This document shows positions 59,001 to 64,000 of a stretch of 64,000 nucleotides of DNA, piece by piece. The position numbers were made by a program, and so were the translations under genes. Origin of the DNA: Perkinsus chesapeaki ATCC PRA-425 (Eukaryota > Protista > Perkinsozoa); NCBI GenBank assembly GCA_013115145.1, contig JAAPAO010000020.1, positions 68,811 to 132,810 on the forward strand, written 5' to 3'. Positions within the stretch are counted from its first letter, which is position 1. The number at the start of each line of letters is the position of its first letter. The notes beneath the pieces were generated by a model. The model made no database searches. It was not told the origin of the DNA and worked only from the letters and a program-made list of their open reading frames with translations.

Positions 59001-62000
59001 TCCAGGAGCAGATTCGTGTAGGAGGGTCGGCGCCCCACCATGTGCTCCAGAGTGTGGAGGCCTTAGGAACTCAGAGCCCGGGAAACCGAGCTGGTAGAGA
59101 AGACAGAGCGGCTGGAGGAGGCCATGGGTGTGGCCAAGGAGAGGCTAGATGCAGAGATAAAAGAGGCTGAAGAGTCAGCAGCTGCTGCTGCCGAGTGCCA
59201 CCAGGATGAGCGTGAAGTAGGCTGACTTGTGGGGCGCAGTAGGTGTTGTTGACTTAGGCATACGAGAGGCAATTGCAGGACTTGGCCGAGCAGATGGCTA
59301 CACTGGAGGCATCCGCAAAGGTTATTGCCGAGGACCTTACAAGAGACGTCGAGAAAGCAAGGTTTGAAGGGAACGAAGCGCATCAATGTTTGGTGAATCA
59401 GAGGGAGGTGGGCCAGGGTTAGAGGGATGGGGTGATTGATGGCATCAGGCCTACGAGAAGATCATTGCCGATCTGGAGGTAAGACTACAGGCAGCTGAGG
59501 AGGCCTTTGATGAGGCCCAGAAAGGATACGCAAAATCCAAGGCTCATGTGGATGCCGAGATAGAAATAAGAAAAAGGGAGGTCTTTGAAGTCATCGCGGT
59601 GAGTTTAGCCCACCCTGGTATTATGCTTATATGCTGAGCAGGCTAAGGAGGATGTTATTAGAGGTCTGGAGGACGAGTTAAAATCATCCACCTTGGCGAA
59701 GGGGAACGCTATGGCAGAAGTGAGTACAGCTTTGGTAAGGAGAGGTGAGGCGAATGTTTAGGTGAAGGAACTGCAGGAGCGGTTGATGGAGGAGAAGGAG
59801 AGATACGCTGAACTTGTCCATGTAACGACTCCCCCTCTTGCTCGGGTTTAAGCAGCTTGCTTCTAGACGCATGAGAGGCACATTGAGGCATTGGAGCGAC
59901 AGATGGAGCAGGCTAAGGCCGGATACGAGAAGCATATAGATGAGGTAGGGAAGGAGCACCTCAAGGAGAAGTTGAGATCGTGTCTATTAGGTTAATAATG
60001 AAATGCATGAGATGCAAACAGACCATGAGGTGGAGATAGCCAGGGTCGGACGAGAGGCTATAATAGAGCACGATGAACTCGTAGAGGTAGAGGAAAAAAA
60101 TTTATTCCTTAGAGTAATTGTCTTCCCGTTGCAGTCCTTCAATGAACGCATGGAGGAGCTTCGTCGAGTGATACAAGAAAGAGACGCTAAAGTGGGAACA
60201 ACCGTGGTAACATCGCGATAACACAGAATTCTGTCCTTAGATCGAGCTGTTGGAAAAGGACTCTTCGGCCCTGGTGGACAGTCTTAAAGAGGCGGCTCGC
60301 ACTGAAGCCACTAGGATTACAGAGGTCTCGTGCTGCTGCTGCTGCTGTTTCCTGCTGTATCATTTAGATCTTGTGAAATGCTGTTCAGGAATATGAGACG
60401 AAACTGGAAGCATTGGAAATCGAGCTCACCAATGCACGCTACGAGGTGGGCACTGCTTATCTGTGCTTTTGGTACTTGCTGTGCAGCTGGCCAAGGCACG
60501 GGAGGAGGGCGACCATCGTTTAAGGGAGATCGCTAATGAGTTTGATAAAGTAGGTTGCACTGTCGAATTTGGTGATAGCGGAATTATTATTAGTTGATAA
60601 CGGAAAAGGAGGCTGAAGTAGAGGAGCAGCTTGGACAAATACAAGAGATTGAACAAACAAAAGAAGCTGAAGTAAGCTCGATTAAGTTGACAGCATTCAA
60701 GCGCTTTTAGAGGGCGAAGAAGGCAGAGCAAGTGCGTGCAGAAATGCAGTCAACTATAGCTCGACTCTTTGAAGAGAAGAACGAGCTCGCTGAAGTGGGT
60801 GGATCCGATCCCTTCGATCTTGCTTTTGCATACTTCAGATGCTGAATAACGTCAAGCTTGAACACGAGAGGCAGCTACAAGAGGTGAGACTAGTACAGAG
60901 GAGTTGGGTGCGGAATATTCAGACAGGAGGCGTCCAAAGCTAGCTCTGATCGGGCCCAGCTTGTGGTGGCTCACTCGGCACTTGTGGCCGATATAAAGGC
61001 ACAGGCTCAAGTGTCTTTGGATGACGCCGAGGATCGGGTAAAGAACGCCGTGGCTAGAGCAGACAAGGCTGAGGCGAAGTTGGAAGAAAAGATGAGCAAG
61101 ATCGGTAGCGTACTGTTGACATGCGTGCACTCTGCTGTAGGTCTATTCCGTAGGTCAGTCTCAAGTGCAGACAGCTGGGCGAATTGAGGAGCTTATGTCA
61201 GCAGTCGAGGACCTGACGTGAGAGAGCTGGCGAGAGCTGCGGCGCTGCCCTCAGTTTCCATGATTTAGGGCACAGAAGTCCGCGCTTGAGAAGCAGGCAA
61301 CGAGTCTGAGAGCTGAACTCGGCCGGGTTAAGTCTTCCATCGGTGATGCTGTGCGGGGAGCCGAGAAAGGATGGGAGGTTGCAGTAGGCGAAATGAGGGG
61401 ATGCAGGGTAGGAGGAGCACGGCGAAGCAGATACGAAACTTGGTGGACCTGCCCGAGCGGTACAAGGCCACTTACGATGACTTTCTTCAAGCTAAAGTAA
61501 GGATCGAAGAGCTAACAAGGGAGCTGGCTGAGGGACATAAGAGCCAGAACCACCTGGAGGAGAGGATAAAGAGGTCGATAAATCCATAAAGAGGCAGATG
61601 AGCTCTCGGGACAGTTCATCATTCCTAGGTTGCAGTCGGGCAAGTTATCATCAAGCGACGAGAAAACAGAGGCTACTGCTAGACAACTGCGATATGAGAT
61701 ACGGCAGCTTAAGGACCAGTACGCGGACCTAGCCACGAGAAATATTGATTTTAAGAGGATGGCAGCGGAGGCAAGATGCGAAGCTATACAGAGTGCCAAG
61801 TGGGTTGAGAGCCTCGCCCTCGTGGGTGAGATAATACTACTGCCTTATTAGACTTATTGTTACCTATAAGCGAGAGAAGGATGCTGCAGTTCTTGAAAAG
61901 GAGGAAGCATTAGCTGGATTGAGGAAATCAAAGTAAGGTGGTTCTCGCATGGAGAGTTGAATTGTCGTGCTTCAGAACCTCCGCAGGACCATCCCCCCAG

Positions 62001-62537
62001 CCGCCGCCAACAGCTGGTCTGAAGTCAGCTAACATATCTGGGAAAGCCTCTACACCCCTACAGCAGCAGCAGCCCAAGCACCGACCGACTCCTTCCGCTA
62101 TGCCGATGAAATCGTCCTTAAAGAAGGCTACTCTTGGTGACACATCCTCGCCCTCGGCTACTACGAAGGAAGCCACGGCAGCAAGCCTTACGAGAGCCTT
62201 ACGACAACCTCCCAGACAGGCGGCGGTCAGGATTCTTACAGCTATATCTATACAGCTTACTGTTCAGGGGAATCCTCGGCCGCCCAGCCCTGCACCCACC
62301 AAGAGCAAGATCGGCACGAAGTTCCTAAAACTGGCCTCTCCCGATGATGCGAAGATCCAAGAGAAGACATCGCCAACCCTCAAGCGGAAGGGTAAGTCTG
62401 GCGTCACTCTCTACAGTACCGGGCTCTTAGAGATTTGAGAAATTTGTTTAATCTCTGACAACTCGTCTTTATCAGAGCCCCCGCCGCCGACCAAGAAACG
62501 AGTGTCGATGTCACCGGAAGAATGCAAGCAACAATGA
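56009..62537 (+). CDS. Very long multi-exon coiled-coil protein
   Basis: Dozens of E/K/R/A/L-rich exons separated by short GT-AG introns, with a Pro/Ser/Lys-rich C-terminus ending EPPPPTKKRVSMSPEECKQQ*. It could be two genes split near 57.8-58.1 kb. Confidence 0.7.
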
Positions 62538-62798
62538 CTTCATTGTTATCATAAAGCAGCTGACAAGTTCATATCTGTTCATTGTGTGTAATTCATAGTA
62601 CAAGTATTTCTGCATTTAACATCTCATGGTTATGACCCTCTTCATTTCGGGGACTTTGAAAGCTCTTTTGTTATTGGGTGGAAAACAACTGTCATTTTGC
62701 TGCTGCAGCAGCCCTCCATTATCAAGGGAATTTACCCATCTTCTCCCTGGTCTCCCTTTTATCCCCAATTTTTATTCTAGAGTCTGATCAAACTGTTC

Positions 62799-64000
62799 AT
62801 GGGCGCCGTTACACCTAAATCCAATGCTACAGGGTGAGTCCTAGCCTAGTCCTATCGAAAACCGATGGTATCTCTCAGGCCTAGCTCAGAAGGAGGACAA
62901 CTAGCTAAGTCTATCATGCCATCTGATACGTCGCGTAAGATAGGTTTATTATCCCTCACCGCGATAGCCTATTTTAACGTCTGCGGAGGTAAGTCGGTGA
63001 CTTCTCGCTAATCTGGTGTTCTCTAGTCAAAGTATTAGTATTACTTTCAACCTTCAGCAAGCCCTTGGTTTATCCCCATATTATCTTTCAGGCCCATTTG
63101 GCTCAGAAGATATTTTCTCGACTGGTGGCCCGCTACTGGGAATTATAGGCGTCTTTGTTGCACTCATTTTGTGGTGCGTTTTGCCGATAGAGTTGCTAAG
63201 CTTAACTATCGCTTTGAATTGATTAGGTCAATTCCTATGTCATTCATGACAGCTGAGCTGTCAAGTGCATTTCCGAGCAATGGTGGATACTCCCTATGGG
63301 TATTGAAACTATTTTAATAATATTTTAATTAGTTCAACATTTCAGGTTAAAGTTGCTTTGGGAAATTTTTGGGCATTCCAAGAGTTGTATTGGTCATGGA
63401 TCGCAGCTGCTGTTGATGCATCGGTTTTTCCTGTAACGTATGTATCACTATAACGTGATTGATTATTTATTTAAAGGTGCTGATTTATGATAGAGTTGCT
63501 CATTTGACTCCTAACACGGTCGGACAACTTAGCTGGATTGCAGCATGGCCTATCAAGATTGTTATTAGTATATTATTAACCATACCGATGTTATTCCCAA
63601 TGGAGTTTACAGGCTTAGGTTAGGGAGAGACTTCATCGATGCTTCCCTTAGCAAGGTTTCTTAGGTATGATTATTATGACTATTTTTATTCTTCTCCCCT
63701 TCGTGGTATTTGTTGTTTGGGGGCTCTTCAAGGTAACTCATTACATTTCGCAGTTTACTCGCCAAATATCCTCTTTATAGGCCGACTTATCAGTGCTGGG
63801 GCAAACAAGATCATTAGATGACTTCAGCTGGGTCAATTGGGCGGTCATTTGCTTTTGGAGAATGACTGGCGTAGTTCAAACAGTAGAGTGTTATTCGGCA
63901 ATAATGTGGCTGCTCCATCAGATGAACGCGATATCAACCGTTGCTGGTGAAGTAAAACGGCCAGAAAGGACGCCAATTAGGGCATGCCTGTGGTGTATGG
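62799..64000 (+). CDS. APC-superfamily permease, polyamine transporter (PUT/RMV1)-like; 3' truncated by the window
   Basis: KIGLLSLTAIAYFNVCG|GPFGSED, MTAELSSAFPSNGGYSLW, VKVAFGKFWAFQELYWSW. Confidence 0.88.

Overview
This is a gene-dense, intron-rich eukaryotic window. The short (about 30-60 bp) GT-AG introns, beta-alpha fused NAD(P) transhydrogenases, RAP-domain gene and VKNTF-motif protein point to an early-branching alveolate, most likely Perkinsus; this is inference, not a database result. About 27 coding loci were reconstructed by hand-splicing. They include p23, a TEY MAP kinase, two tandem intronless transhydrogenases, a cyclophilin, a CHCHD2-like protein, a TauD/SyrP-like dioxygenase, a DUSP, DUF4833-like, BTB, RAP and Mei2-like proteins, a CW+chromo+AT-hook protein, TFIP11, an LRR protein, GT90, GT34, a long coiled-coil protein and an APC permease. 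There is one 100-N gap inside a 39-bp coding repeat. I found no intact tRNA, rRNA, transposon or CRISPR array. The most unexpected signal is five decayed tRNA 3' fragments, four of them inside introns; two fill most of a 30-bp and a 50-bp intron. Other leads are apparently differently targeted and partly gene-converted transhydrogenase paralogues, a CaaX-tailed cyclophilin, and an RluA-like protein that seems to lack its catalytic Asp. All gene models are manual and their exon boundaries need RNA-seq confirmation.
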